Shown here one piece after another: positions 1 to 12,867 of a stretch of 64,000 bases of DNA. Both the position numbers and the translations under genes were made by a program. A model generated the notes under the pieces. The model was given only the letters and a program-made list of their open reading frames with translations, was not told the origin of the DNA and searched no databases. The stretch comes from Octopus vulgaris (Eukaryota): NCBI GenBank assembly GCA_951406725.2, contig OX597826.1, positions 63,240,001 to 63,304,000 on the forward strand, read 5' to 3'. Every line of letters starts with the position of its first letter. The stretch's first letter is position 1.

Positions 1-44
<44 letters not shown>

Positions 45-58
45 GTTGATTGTCCATT

Positions 59-102
<44 letters not shown>

Positions 103-107
<5 letters not shown>

Positions 108-487
108 ATATATAAACGGCAGTTTGTCTGTGCGTGTTTCTGTGTGTCTGTTTTCTCGTACCCTCACCCTGACCACGGCTTTCAACCGATTCTGATGAAA
201 CTTGACACACACATAGCCCAATGTCATAATTCAAAACTAACGCAGCGAAAATTTTGAAAAGTTCCCCCAGTTCTGAAAAACAATCGATAAATTCGACATG
301 GGGTCGAGAATCAAAAAAAACAAACCACAGACTGTCTAGGGGACGCAACTCGACCTTTTTTTACTCTCAAAAAAATTTACCATAATTTTTTTTTCCATTG
401 TTTTGCTATTTTTTGGCTATAACTCTCTAAAAATGCTTTATAGTTATTTCCCTTACAAACCCGAGCAACGCCGGGCGATACTGCTAG
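103..487 (+). mobile_element. Non-autonomous Helitron-like element
   Basis: A|TC 5' end; subterminal hairpin CCCG-AGCAACGC-CGGG; CTAG|T 3' end. The last ~65 bp are nearly identical to 23740-23807. Confidence 0.75.
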
Positions 488-500
488 TATATATATATAT

Positions 501-670
501 AACGTAAAATATACTAGCCATCTCAATATGGTTAACCACTAAGGTTGGATGTTACTGAAGCTTTTAGCCCCCACCCACCCTTAGTGGTTAGCCATATTGA
601 GATGGCTAGTATACTTTACGTTGTCGAGCGGTTACTGTTTACATCTCGTTCAGAGATTTATTATTGCTTA
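501..670. repeat. Inverted-repeat element between (TA)n tracts
   Basis: Arms 501-544 and 579-622 are reverse complements with 2 mismatches. The spacer, read on -, resembles 5479-5507. Confidence 0.7.
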
Positions 671-1035
671 CATATATATAGTAAGTGAATTAATGTAATT
701 TGTTATTTATATGTATACGTGTGTATGTGTGTGTGTGCGTGCGTATATGTATGTATGTTCTCGCCTGTTTTCAATTATTTGTGTCTTTGGTTTCTAACAA
801 AGATACAAAGTTCCATTGTTGGAACGTAGATAACAAAACCAAAGTCACATTTTAAGTTTAAGAAAAATCTTGCATATTTCCACTGTTCCACTTACAGATT
901 ATATTTGTAATGTGCGAGTTAGTTCATTGATTTATTTTCCTGAAAACCCTACCTTATCCGATTGTTACTTAGTGATTTACTCATAAAATCAAGGACACCA
1001 GTTATTATTGGAATAAACGATAAAACGATACACGT

Positions 1036-1251
1036 CGCCCTTTTTTAAGCCTAGCCAGGCTCATGGGCCCGGTTTTGTTTGTTTCTGTAGCGTATGTTTT
1101 CCCCCCAGCTGGACGGGACGCCAGTCCGTCGCAGCGTTACTCAAGAAACAGGAAGAAAGAGTGGAGAGAAAGTTGTGGCGAAAGAGTAAAACAGGGGTCG
1201 CCACCACCCCCTGTCGGAGCCTCGTGGAGCTTTTAGGTGTTTTCGCTCAAT

Positions 1252-1284
<33 letters not shown>

Positions 1285-1361
1285 GCCCGGTCTGGGAATC
1301 GAAACCGCGATCCTCCGACCGCGAGTCCGCTGCCCTAACCACAGGGCCATTGCGCCTCCAC
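1036..1361 (-). mobile_element. tRNA-derived SINE, family C head with family D-type tail
   Basis: Head GTGGAGGCGCAATGGCCCTGTGGTTAGGGCAGCGGACTCGCGG...GGTTTCGATTCC (A/B boxes), shared with 52181, 60482 and 62086. Imperfect flanking repeat ATTA(T/C)TGGAATAAA. Confidence 0.8.
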
Positions 1362-1654
1362 ATTACTGGAATAAATGTGAATTCATATTCTTGGTTTGTT
1401 GAATTTTTCTTTAGAATTTTAGCTAAATATTTCTAGTTTGACCAAATTCTTCGTTTCAGTTCGAATTTCACCCGGGAGTTTTGTCAATAATTTTCACAGT
1501 GTATATTCTTCACCTTATCTATTTTTCATTCAGTCAAATATACTTATCATTAATGACAAGTTCATCTTATTCATAACTTAATACATTAAAATTCTAAATA
1601 TTTCATTATTGTTTCGATCAACGGATTTTCATTAGTTACGACGGTTTATTTTAT

Positions 1655-1910
1655 AGGGTCGTCAAAGTGCAATGAGTTGGCAGACTCGTTAGCGCTTTGC
1701 ACGAAATACTTAGTGGCATAGATTTCGGCTCTTTTGGTCCTGAGTTCAAATGACATAGAGGTCTACTTTGTCTTCCATCCTTTTCGTGGTCGATAAAATA
1801 AAATACCAATCCATACTGGAGCCAGTGTAATCTACTTGCTTACCTCCTCTCATCGAAATTGCTAGTCTAGATCCAAAATTAGAAGGAATTTTACAGGTTA
1901 GTCACAGAAG
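1655..1910 (+). mobile_element. Old degenerate family A SINE, locally duplicated at ~4450-4958
   Basis: Near-colinear match to 4450-4601 plus 4853-4958. Confidence 0.65.
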
Positions 1911-2227
1911 AATAGGGAACCCATGTGACATATTTGTAGGTTCTTTGAGAATGTATAAAGGATAGAAACTATGTATCAATCCTGATCTAAGTGCTGCTAG
2001 CAACAAAGTGTGATCCCTGTTGAAGTCACCCAATGACCCGATCTTGGCGATGATGTTAAAATCAAGAACTGAAGTTATTCTAGAAACCCTTAGCTCTAAG
2101 TGCAGTCAGTACAACAGGTAACAACCTTACTCCAAACAACTCGATTGCTTGCCTTCGTCCTGGTACTTATTTTATCGACCCAGAAAGGATTAAAGGTAAA
2201 GTCAACCTGAGCGGAATTTGAACTCAG

Positions 2228-2309
<82 letters not shown>

Positions 2310-2361
2310 TACATACATACATACATACATACATACATACATACATACATACATACATACA

Positions 2362-2394
<33 letters not shown>

Positions 2395-2409
2395 GTTTTA
2401 CTGCGTAAG

Positions 2410-2525
2410 AGCAAATATTTCATTGGGTACGAATGCCAAGAAATACAGCATGTCGTTTCCAAATTTCTGGCAGAGTGAATTGCGTGATTGTGCTGTTTTT
2501 TCTCATAGACGGTGCCCAATTGTCC
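2410..2525 (-). mobile_element. Fragment of the DNA transposon at 6400-7185
   Basis: Matches ~7060-7175 (CGAATGCCA...AATACAGCATGTCGTTTCCAAATTTCTGGCAGAGTGAATTGCG). Confidence 0.6.
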
Positions 2526-2751
2526 CTACTATAATATGTAGTCGACAAAATCAAGAACTAAAAATGCATATTTACAGACATATTTACAGGCATATTTGTT
2601 AGGCTTCATTGAATTGAAGAAATCAAACCTGATTTGTGTATTAAACGTTTCAGTAAGGATTATGCAGCAGAGAATTATCCATCATCTGTCGATTTATTGT
2701 TGTTCACCTAAATTTTAGTAAGAGGAATAGCCATCTTTTTAGTAAGAGGAA

Positions 2752-2919
2752 TAGGCGCAGGAGTGGCTGTGTGGTAAGTAGCTTGCTAACCAACCACATG
2801 GTTTCTCCGGGTTCAGTCCCACTGCGTGGCATCTTGGGCAAGTGTCTTCTGCTATAGCCCCGGGCCGACCAATGCCTTGTGAGTGGATTTGGTAGACGGA
2901 AACTGAAAGAAGCCTGTCG

Positions 2920-2962
<43 letters not shown>

Positions 2963-3168
2963 TTGTCCCCCTAGCATTGCTTGACAACCGATGCTGGTGT
3001 GTTTAAGTCCCCGTTACTTAGCGGTTCGGCAAAAGAGACCGATAGAATAAGTACTGGGCTTACAGTATAAGAATAAGTCCCGGGGTCGATTTGCTCGACT
3101 AAAGGCGGTGCTCCAGCATGGCCGCAGTCAAATGACTGAAACAAGTAAAAGAGAAAAGAGAGTAAAGA
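2752..3168 (+). mobile_element. tRNA-derived SINE family B with internal (TA)n(TG)n
   Basis: Head GGCGCAGGAGTGGCTGTGTGGTAAG...GGTTCAGTCCC, CORE-like CTTGGGCAAGT, tail GGCCGCAGTCAAATGACTGAAACAAGTAAAAGAG. Many copies in the window. Confidence 0.85.
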
Positions 3169-3583
3169 GATCTTCATCTGTCTGGACCTGTTTGACAAAT
3201 GGAAACTGTTTGGTGTACGTTCTTTTTTCACTCTTCAAGGATCTGAACGCTTATATGATGGAATTTATTTGATTGCAGTAAATCCCATATGTGAATGTCT
3301 ACGAGTAGCAGGTCGCTTTCTCTGCAGCGTTATTGATACAAACATCATTTGTAACCAATTTCTTGTTAAAAGAGAAAATGCCTTGGGCTATAATTTAAGC
3401 TCGTATCCAATAAATTTGTTTTCCCACTTAAATTAATTAAAGTCAGCTCATTTATTACGTGATTAACAGACACGCAGATCACAATCAACAGCAAATCTAC
3501 ATGAATCAAGTCTTTTGCTAATTTGTCATTAGCTACTAATGAGAAAAGGAGAAAGGAAGTAGTGTACAAACGTATGTGCAAAT

Positions 3584-3644
<61 letters not shown>

Positions 3645-4601
3645 AAAGAAGAAGAGTTAAGTGATAAGAAAGAGTAAATAAGTGAGAAATAGATAGCGAT
3701 AAAAAGGAAGCAGAAAAAAAAAGGGAAAGAGAAGCACTAAAAGTAGCCAAGTTTCAACGAGAAACAACAAAAGGGTCAGGATAGCAAACCACAAAGATCC
3801 GATGTTGTGGCAGCAGCGGAGAGGCAGGCGATAAGTGAATACAAAAGAGCAAAGATAAGTTGGACATACGCCCACACAAACGCGAAAATTCTCTCTCTCT
3901 CACACAAACACAAACACACACAAATATATGTGAGTGTGCGTGTATGTATGTATATATTCATGTATATATTCATGTATGTGTGTGTGTGTGTGGGTGGGTG
4001 TGTACGTGTACACAGAGATAGATAAAAGAGAGATCAATAAAACAAAAATAAAATTGTTAAATCAATAATATTTAGAAGAAATTATCAAAGTAAGCTAAAA
4101 GAGGAAAGTAATTACGGAGCAGACAATAAAAGTAAAGCCGTATTATCGTTGCAGTGCCACCTCAAGCAAGAACTGAAACAGACCTCAACCCCGACAGTGG
4201 CCCTGAAATGTAAATACAAATCGACAGCAACAAACGCTAAAGCGATATTTGAATAACCTCAAAAAGAATCTGTTTGAGGTAAACATTGAAATATGCCGTC
4301 GATAAAGGACAGACATTCTTACACAAACACATACACGCACACGCGCACACAAATCAATTTTAAGAAGAATCACAACAGAACACGTATTGATGAGCAGACT
4401 CAATACTACAAGTAGAGTCGAATTTAATATGTAATCCGCTTTGTTTTACAGGATAGTCAAAGTGCAATGTGTTGGTAGACTCGTTAGCGCTTTGGACGAA
4501 ATACTTAGTGGCATAGCTTTCGGCTCTTTTGGTCCTGAGTTCAAATGACATATAGGTCTACTTTGTCTTCCATCCTTTTCGTGGTCGATAAAATAAAATA
4601 C

Positions 4602-4835
4602 CTATTTCTTTACTACCCACAAGGGGCTAAACACAGAGAGGAGACAAACACAGACAGACAAACGGATTAAGTCGATTAAATCGACCCCAGTGCATAACTG
4701 GTACTTATTTAATCGACCCCGAAAGGATGAAAGGCAAAGCCGACCTCGGCGGAATTTGAACTCAGAACGTAACGGCAGACGGAATACTGCTAAGCATTTC
4801 GCCCGGCGTGCTAACGTTTCTGCCAGCTCGACGCC
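4602..4835 (-). mobile_element. tRNA-derived SINE family A with 17-bp TSD
   Basis: GAGCTGGCAGAAACGTTAGCACGCCGGGC...GAGTTCAAATTCC head; TSD TCGATAAAATAAAATAC at 4585-4601 and 4836-4852. Confidence 0.88.
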
Positions 4836-5345
4836 TCGATAAAATAAAATACGAGTCCATACTGGAGCCAGTGTAATCTACTTGCTTACCTCCTCTCCTC
4901 AAAATTGATAGTCTAGTGCCAAAATTAGAAAGAATTTTAAAGGTTAGCCACAGAAGAGACCTAACGTTCTAGTCCAACCAGATTTGTGTGCGCATGTGTG
5001 TGTGTATGCGCGCGCTTCTATACATGCATGTATACTTATATCTCTGTATCATTGTTTTGACCAGACTATCAGATGCTTTTATACATCGTTAGTCAAAATG
5101 CGCTTCTTCGTATAGCCGTAGCTTTCGTACGATGTCAGCCTGTTGGTTGGACGGGCTAAGATTCTAAGATTGCTGAACGGGACGTCAATCCGTCGCAAAG
5201 CTAGCCATTTTATCGCTGAGTAGGCTGAAACAATGAGAAACGAAGTCTCGTTTCCTCCTTTTTGGAGACCAGCGACAGTTTGTCGCTAGAAAAAGCATAC
5301 AGTATTTTGCGAGTCGAATGAGTTTTCATCACTAGCTTGTGATTA

Positions 5346-5392
5346 ACACACGCTGAGGACGGGTAACCACCCAGAAACTCGAGTCCGTGTGT
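5346..5392 (+). ncRNA. Type I minimal hammerhead ribozyme, intact core
   Basis: ACACACG-CUGAGGA-C-GGGU(AACC)ACCC-A-GAAA-CUCGAG-UC-CGUGUGU: 7-bp stem I, palindromic stem III (ACUCGAGU), GUC triplet. Confidence 0.8.
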
Positions 5393-5557
5393 ATTACGTA
5401 AGACAAGAGATGCGAGCAATGACCTCCTCTCGCGGTTATAGCATGTGTCTCGTTAGCCAGCTGGAGGAGATGTCTTCCTGAGGCTATAAACGTCAGTAGC
5501 ATTGTCCTGTATAGAACGCCACACTTGGCTGGCAATTATATGTTATATATGTGTGTA

Positions 5558-5592
<35 letters not shown>

Positions 5593-5740
5593 TTGTATGT
5601 ATATATGTACGTATATATATATATGCATATATGTATGCATATGTATGTATAGTATATGTACATATATATATACATACATGCATATGTATGCATATGTATA
5701 CGTATACATATACATATATACATATACGTATATGTATAAC

Positions 5741-5772
<32 letters not shown>

Positions 5773-5789
5773 GCACACACACACTTATG

Positions 5790-6224
5790 CATTATCGGTC
5801 GCACATATGTAGTATGTGTTTTGTACATATGCCAGAATAGAGTGAAAACTATTTGCTGATTTGCTGCAGCGTAGCACATGTGAAAGAAAATGCATTTAAT
5901 TTGTAATTTAATTTTCTTTTTCCCATGGGCTACGCCGCACGCAATCAGCAAACAGGCTTCACTCTATTTGCATATAAACCACAGACGAACGATTCACTTC
6001 GCTTCGAGACGATCCGAATACATGGTCTTGATAAACCACAATCCATGGCAAAAAATGTATATCTGGCATTCTCGCTCACACAAGGCGAGTTGTTTCACCT
6101 GGTCTGGGAGATTCGGTATTCTTTAACACTTGGCTGCATAGAAAGCGCTTTCCCTGGACGTTATCCCGCAGCAAATATGGCATATACGCAAAATCTATGC
6201 ACTGCGTATGTGCGACCGATAATG
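5790..6224. mobile_element. MITE-like element with long terminal inverted repeats
   Basis: CATTATCGGTCGCACATATGTAGT at the left end vs ACTGCGTATGTGCGACCGATAATG at the right; imperfect pairing extends ~60 bp. No ORF. Confidence 0.6.
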
Positions 6225-6329
6225 TTTGCATTACTAGAGCTGCTTTTAATTCGTAATTTAACGTGTGTATGTGTGTATATATCTATATATATCAGCATGG
6301 CCGCAGTCAAATGACTAAAACAAATAAAA

Positions 6330-6399
<70 letters not shown>

Positions 6400-6404
<5 letters not shown>

Positions 6405-7185
6405 GCGGTGAATAAATTGTTGTCTAAATTATGCAAAAATGAAAATTACACTGCCATCTCATTTTAACAGATATATTTACCAAAATTACATAAAAATATC
6501 TTGACATACTAAAGAGTAAATTTATTCTATAAAATCGCCATAGGCTTCAACCACGGTCTCCAGACGACTTCGGCATCTACTGCATCTCTTCTGGACAGTC
6601 TCCTCATTTAAGTTGGTGAATGCTTCCATAATCCTTGCCTTCAGTTCATCTTTGCTGTTACAAGGAGTTTTGTGGGTCTCTCGCTCAACTGCGCCCTACA
6701 CATAGTAATCAAGGGAGTTGCAGTCTGGGGAATTAAGTGGCCAGATGTTAGGGGTGATGTGGTCGCAGAAATTGTCTGACAGCTATGACTGAATTCTCCT
6801 GCTTCTGTAGCATGGTGCAGAATCCTGTTGCCAGAAATAGGGTCTTCCAGCAGCCACCCTCTTGACCCAGGGCTGCATTACCTCCTCCAGGCACTTGATG
6901 TAGACCTCCGTGTTGAGTCAGAGGCTGTGTGGGAAGATGAATGTAGGTATAAGGGCGCTATCATTAGTGATCACTCCAAACACCATGATGTTGATTGGAT
7001 TTTTGATTTTTATCACTCGGTACATGTCCTCAGATTGACACCCAAACATTCTGAAATATTCGTACTGGACCTTTGGATGCGAATGCCATGCAATACAGCA
7101 TGTCGTTTCCAAATTTCTGGCAGAGTGAATTGCGTCATTGTGCTGTTTTTCTCACAGACAGTGCCCAGTTGACCCAGCTCCTGTT
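6400..7185 (-). pseudogene. Decayed Tc1/mariner-superfamily transposase, DD37D (maT-type)
   Basis: Translates IMVFGVI...WQQDSAPCYRSRRIQS*LSDNFCDHITPNIWPLNSPDCNSLDYYV*GAVE; 37 residues between the 2nd and 3rd Asp; in-frame stops. Confidence 0.85.
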
Positions 7186-7253
7186 TTGGCACTGTTTTTC
7201 TATATACCGCTGGCGGTGAAATGAGTCACTGTTATGTCTAGCAGTCGAGCACG

Positions 7254-7299
7254 CCATCACTGATAAGACCAGGGAAGGCCGAAATCACGTGATCTGTGG
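7254..7299 (+). ncRNA. Degenerate type I hammerhead inside a ~20-bp inverted repeat (7203-7222/7316-7335)
   Basis: CCAUCA-CUGAUAA-GACC(AGGGAA)GGCC-GAAA-UCACGUGA-UC-UGUGG; core G8>A; palindromic stem III. Confidence 0.6.
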
Positions 7300-7413
7300 T
7301 CTCGATGTTGGAGATATTTCTCCGCCAGCGATACAAGCAAAAGTGCATTTTGCACCAAAAGCTAATGTGGTAGTTTCTCTCACGGTGTCTACAGCAGTAT
7401 AAAATAAATAATA

Positions 7414-7661
7414 AATGCGCCCTTTTAAAGCCTAGCCAGGCTCATGGGCCCGGTTTCCCGGTTTCTATGGCGTATGTGTTCCCCAGCTGGACGGGACGCT
7501 AGTCCATCGCAGCGTTACTCATTATTGCTAGCTGAGTGGACTGGAGCAATGTGAAATGAAGTGTTTTGCTCAAGAGCACAACGCGTCGCCTGGTCCAGGA
7601 ATCAAAACCACAATCTTACGATCATGATGCTGTCACCTTAACCACTAAGCCACACGCCTCC
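7414..7661 (-). mobile_element. tRNA-derived SINE family D
   Basis: Matches 55497-55735 and 56878-57130; flanking repeat TCTACAGCA(G/A)TA. Confidence 0.8.
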
Positions 7662-8051
7662 TCTATCTACAGCAATAGATCTACGTTTAAGAGGGGATAA
7701 ATATTACCGCTCGGTATTATATAGTTTTTAAACAAAGAATTACTATGGCACGAAAATAAAATAGTAATCAAAGGAGTCCATAAGCAAAAGAAAAAAGTTG
7801 AGAATCATTATTCTAAATGATGCTTTAAAGAGTTTTCTAGTTTCATTTGAAACGGAAACTATTCGCTGCATTCTCTAGTTGTTGTATTGTCATTCAAGAC
7901 TTCCATGTAGGGTTTGTTAGAGAGGACGTGAGACTGAACGTGAAACCACGTAATTGCGAAACCAGTTTCTTTACTTCCTGAGTTAAAATACCGGCAGAGT
8001 GTTAACTTTGCCTTTCATGGATTGAGAAAATAAAGTACCTTTCAATAACTA

Positions 8052-8530
8052 TTGTTTGTTTGTTCTTTCTCGAACCATGCCTGGGGTATAGGTTCCCCAC
8101 CTGGACGGGACGCCGGTCCGTCGCAGGTGAGCTGCAAGATGCAGGAGGAAAGAGTGAGAGAAAGTTATAATAATAATAATAATGAAATTATTGTATACAG
8201 TGCTCAGGTGCACCACAACTTGTCAAAAGTGCGTATAAAGCATATGCAGTAATGTACAAATGTCTGGGAAGTGAACAGTGTATGAGTCAGATACGTGCTT
8301 GCGTGTGTATGGAGGGGAGAAAATCGGGTGTAGTGTTGGCGAGTCTCCGGAAGCATGGAAATTTTGAAGGATGCAGTGCTCCGACAAAGTTGTGGCGAAA
8401 GAGTCAGCAGAAGTTCGCCATAACCTTCTGCCGGAGCCGCTTGAAACACACATATCACACGGTCTGAGATTCGAACCCGTGATCCCTCGACCGCGATTCC
8501 GCTACTCTAACCACTAGGCCATGTGCCTCC
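8052..8530 (-). mobile_element. Family C-related SINE carrying a nested ~220-bp insert with a (TAA)n end
   Basis: Outer TSD TTTCAATAACTA. The insert at ~8167-8385 is flanked by an AAAGTT duplication that splits GAGAAAGTTGTGGCGAAAGAG (intact at ~1165-1188). Confidence 0.7.
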
Positions 8531-9059
8531 TTTCAATAACTAGGTGTCGATGATACTAACTAGTCCCACTCTGCCCAAAACAGCTTGCCTTGTTCCTAAA
8601 CCAGAAGCAATAACTAATAACTAACGTATCAAGAGATATTCGTCAATCCAGAAATCGACCTCGGGACTTGCCGGGAAGCGCCGAAGCTAAATGTACATTT
8701 ATTAACCTATATATCATCTAATCATTCGTCTGTTAACTCCCTGGTTGAAATTATCAAATATCACACCAGCCACATTTCAAGTATTTTATCGAATTCAGGC
8801 GTGAAACATTGTGCAATACGAATACTTAAGACCAGTGTGTATCGATTATCACAACGAGCATATTATATATTGATTGATTTTTTTTTTTTCACTTTAAAAG
8901 GCTTGTATTGATGTATTTTCTTTACAAACATATACCATATTGATTATATTAGGCTGTGTTCTCTTATATTCTCTTCTATATACACAAGTACACACACACA
9001 CGAACACAGACCACACAGGCACAAATACACACACACAAACACACACACATATATATATG

Positions 9060-9149
9060 TCTGTGTGTGTGTGTATGAATATGTGAGCGCATGTGCCTGT
9101 ATGTGTATGTGTGCATATGTGTGTACGTGTGTACTCCTCTCTGGGTTTG

Positions 9150-9192
<43 letters not shown>

Positions 9193-9609
9193 AATATGCG
9201 AGCGCATGTGCCTGTATGTGTATGTGTGCATATGTGTGTACGTGTGTACTCCTCTCTGGGTTTGTAGTGTGTGTGTGTGTGTGTTGTCTGTGTGTGTGTG
9301 TGTGTATGAGTATCCGAGCGTATGTGCCTGTATGTGTATGCATGTGTGCATATGTGTATACGTGTGTACTCCTCTCTGGGTTTGTGGTGTGTGTGTGTAT
9401 GTGTCTGTGTGTGTGTGTTTTGTGTCTTTGTGTGTGTTGTCTGTGTGTGTGTGTGTGTGTGTCTATGAGTATGCGAGCGCATGTGCCTGTATATGTATGT
9501 ATGTGTGCATATGTGTGTACGTGTGTACTCCTCTCTGGGTTTGTAGTGTGTGTGTGTGTATGTGTCTGTGTGTGTGTGTGAGTATGTGTGTTTGTGTGCG
9601 TGTGTGTGT

Positions 9610-9670
<61 letters not shown>

Positions 9671-9690
9671 TGCGTGCGTGCGTGCGAGCT
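9060..9690. repeat. Compound minisatellite, 4 units of ~115-160 bp embedded in (TG)n
   Basis: Anchor GTACTCCTCTCTGGGTTTGT recurs at ~9131, 9246, 9366 and 9525. Confidence 0.9.
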
Positions 9691-10090
9691 TCCTCGTGCC
9701 TATTTCGGTATACGGATTTGTGTTTTTACTGGCTACCACGAATTAGAGGAGCAGTCTGACCGGGCTTCTATTCGCTGATCATTTCCTTTTACATATGATA
9801 TGAATAATATAATATAATATAATTATATTAGAATTATAAAAATATGTATAAAAAATATGTATAAAAAGATGTATAAAAATATGTGCATATACTTATATAT
9901 ATATATGTAAGTATGCGTGTATGAGTGTGAGTGTGTGGGTATGAAATCATTTCTATATTTATCGGACGTCTCGTCTGAGTTCCCCATTTCCAAGTCGCAG
10001 ATTCAAAGTAGGTAAATAAACACTACTACACGCATTGACTAGTTGTTTCCCCAATTGTAAATATGCTTAAATACACACATACAAACATGC

Positions 10091-10154
<64 letters not shown>

Positions 10155-10155
10155 G

Positions 10156-10218
<63 letters not shown>

Positions 10219-10287
10219 ATATATACAATCCATGTGAGCGTGTGTGTATTTGCATATGAAGGAAACAACTAGTCAATATGTATGTAC

Positions 10288-10358
<71 letters not shown>

Positions 10359-10853
10359 CATAATTACATACATAGATATACACATAGATGTGCGTGTGTG
10401 TATGTATATATATATAGATACATATGTATATTATATATACATATATATATATACACACACATTCATACATACATATACATGTATACATATATATATATAT
10501 ATATATACATACATACAAACACACACACATATCATATTTTATTCTGTTTCCAGCATCCATGCCAAGGCACGGCCTTCAAGGGTTTTAATCAATTATATCG
10601 ACCCAATCTATATCTTAGTTTAGCGAGGTACTAATTTTATCGATCTACTTGTCGAATCACTAACTTGTAGTTTAATTTTACCTCAAGGGACATCACTCAA
10701 CACGTTGATTTACACTGGTAAACAATCACAAACATATAATATATATATATATATATATACGGACATATATAAATATATTTATATATATATATATATATAT
10801 TTTTTATTTTATAGCTGGACTAGAACTGTTTCATTCAAAAGAAATCATCAGGA

Positions 10854-10904
10854 AGCTTCCTGGTGATTTCTTTTGAATGAAACAGTTCTAGTCCTGTAGA
10901 AGCT
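10854..10904 (+). ncRNA. Type I hammerhead in a palindromic element (10801-10989)
   Basis: AGCUUC-CUGGUGA-U-UUC(UUUU)GAA-U-GAAA-CAG(UUCUAGUC)CUG-UA-GAAGCU. The mirror arm has CUGAUGA but is truncated. Confidence 0.65.
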
Positions 10905-11259
10905 CCTTCTATAAAATAAATTAATTTACTCTACTATGTATTGAGTACCTTATTTACTGTGGTTAACCCCGACTCAACCCGGGACCTACATATATATATA
11001 TATATATACCGACATATATAAATATATTTATATATATACATAAATATATTATACAGTGTTATATATATATTTTTCTTTAACCACGATAGTATTGATAGTG
11101 ACTTCGAAGTTAAGCCATGATCGGAAATATGAGTGCACATATGAGTGCCTGTGTGTATGTCTGCTTGTACGTGTTTTTTTATCGGCGTGAGATTTACAAA
11201 ACCCGTGCATTGAGGACTGTTCCGGTAATGCCCCTTAATATCAAGCAAAGCCGGCTTAC

Positions 11260-11308
11260 CTTTGCACTCGCGCGCCGTCAAAAAGACTAAATACCAAAAT
11301 GCTGTCAT
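11260..11308 (-). other. Candidate short first coding exon (MTAFWYLVFLTARECK, phase 1)
   Basis: ATG to AAG|GTAAGC donor in CpG-containing unique sequence; no homology support. Confidence 0.2.
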
Positions 11309-11755
11309 CGATATAACCGAACAAAACTCATGAGTTCGTGGTCTCAAAATGGATGAGTACACACACACAAACACACATAGAAACATATATGTGTTGTGTA
11401 TATGTGTGCGCGTGCGTGTGCGTGTGTGTATACATACATGTGTCTATAAACATACATATACAACACTGGCTCTCCGTCGGTTACGACGACGACGTGTATT
11501 GTAGTTGACCCGATCAAGCGAAAGGTTGCTTGTGAAATTAACGTGCAAGTGGCTGAGCACTCCGCAGACACGTTTACCCTTAATTAACGTAGTTCTCAAG
11601 GAGATTCAGCGTGATACAGAAAGCGACAAGGCTGGCCCTTTCGAATAACATGTAGAACTCGTTTTTGCCAGCTGAGTGGACTGGTGCAACCTGAAATAAA
11701 GTATCTTGCTGAAGGACACAACGCACCCTAACAACGAAGCTACACACCTTCACAA

Positions 11756-11920
<165 letters not shown>

Positions 11921-12107
11921 TGGACAGACAGACAGACAGACAGACAGACAGGGTGAGAGAGAAAACGAAAAAGATTGAACAAGAGGGAGATATCTATACA
12001 TATGTGTGTGTGTGTGTGTGTGTGTATACATATGCATGCACTCCTGCACACACGCACACAGGGGTACATTTATACACACACATACACACATATGCATATA
12101 CAAATAC

Positions 12108-12140
<33 letters not shown>

Positions 12141-12179
12141 CATACATATACATATACATACATATATATATATACATAC

Positions 12180-12232
<53 letters not shown>

Positions 12233-12241
12233 TATATATAT

Positions 12242-12281
<40 letters not shown>

Positions 12282-12325
12282 CATACATATACATACATAT
12301 ACATACGTATACATACGTATACATA

Positions 12326-12366
<41 letters not shown>

Positions 12367-12792
12367 ATCACATAACACTCTCGCATCATGCATATGCACA
12401 TACGTTAAGTGCTGAACATTGCCAAACAAGGGAAGATAATATGATGCTGTTGAAGTGGCAATGTGTTATTTGAAAGCTCTGTTATTGATTTCAGATTCAG
12501 CAGCTAATGTCTCAAGTCTTATACTGTCTACAGTGCTAGCGAGTAATGGTTGCTTGCTTTTTCGGTGTTTGGTGTATAAGTTTACTTAAGTATTCACATG
12601 TGAATTCTAGAAGTTGTGCCAGTCCACCAGAATGCGGCCGTTTTGGGCAGATGGCCACTTTCAATCGTATAGTCGGTCATAACAATCCAAATCTGTCAGC
12701 AATAAATATTTGTCGAACAGCTAGTATTGAAGTATGAATGATTATGACCCCCCACACATACACACCTGTACGCACGCAAGCACACGCGCTCA

Positions 12793-12865
<73 letters not shown>

Positions 12866-12867
12866 CC

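Noticed and set aside
187-205. CTGATGAAAC resembling a hammerhead core
   Set aside because: No stem II between CUGAUGA and GAAA; part of the Helitron-like 5' region.
9060-9690. Repeat-spacer pattern superficially like CRISPR
   Set aside because: Spacers are homologous TG-rich sequence, the context is eukaryotic and there are no cas genes.
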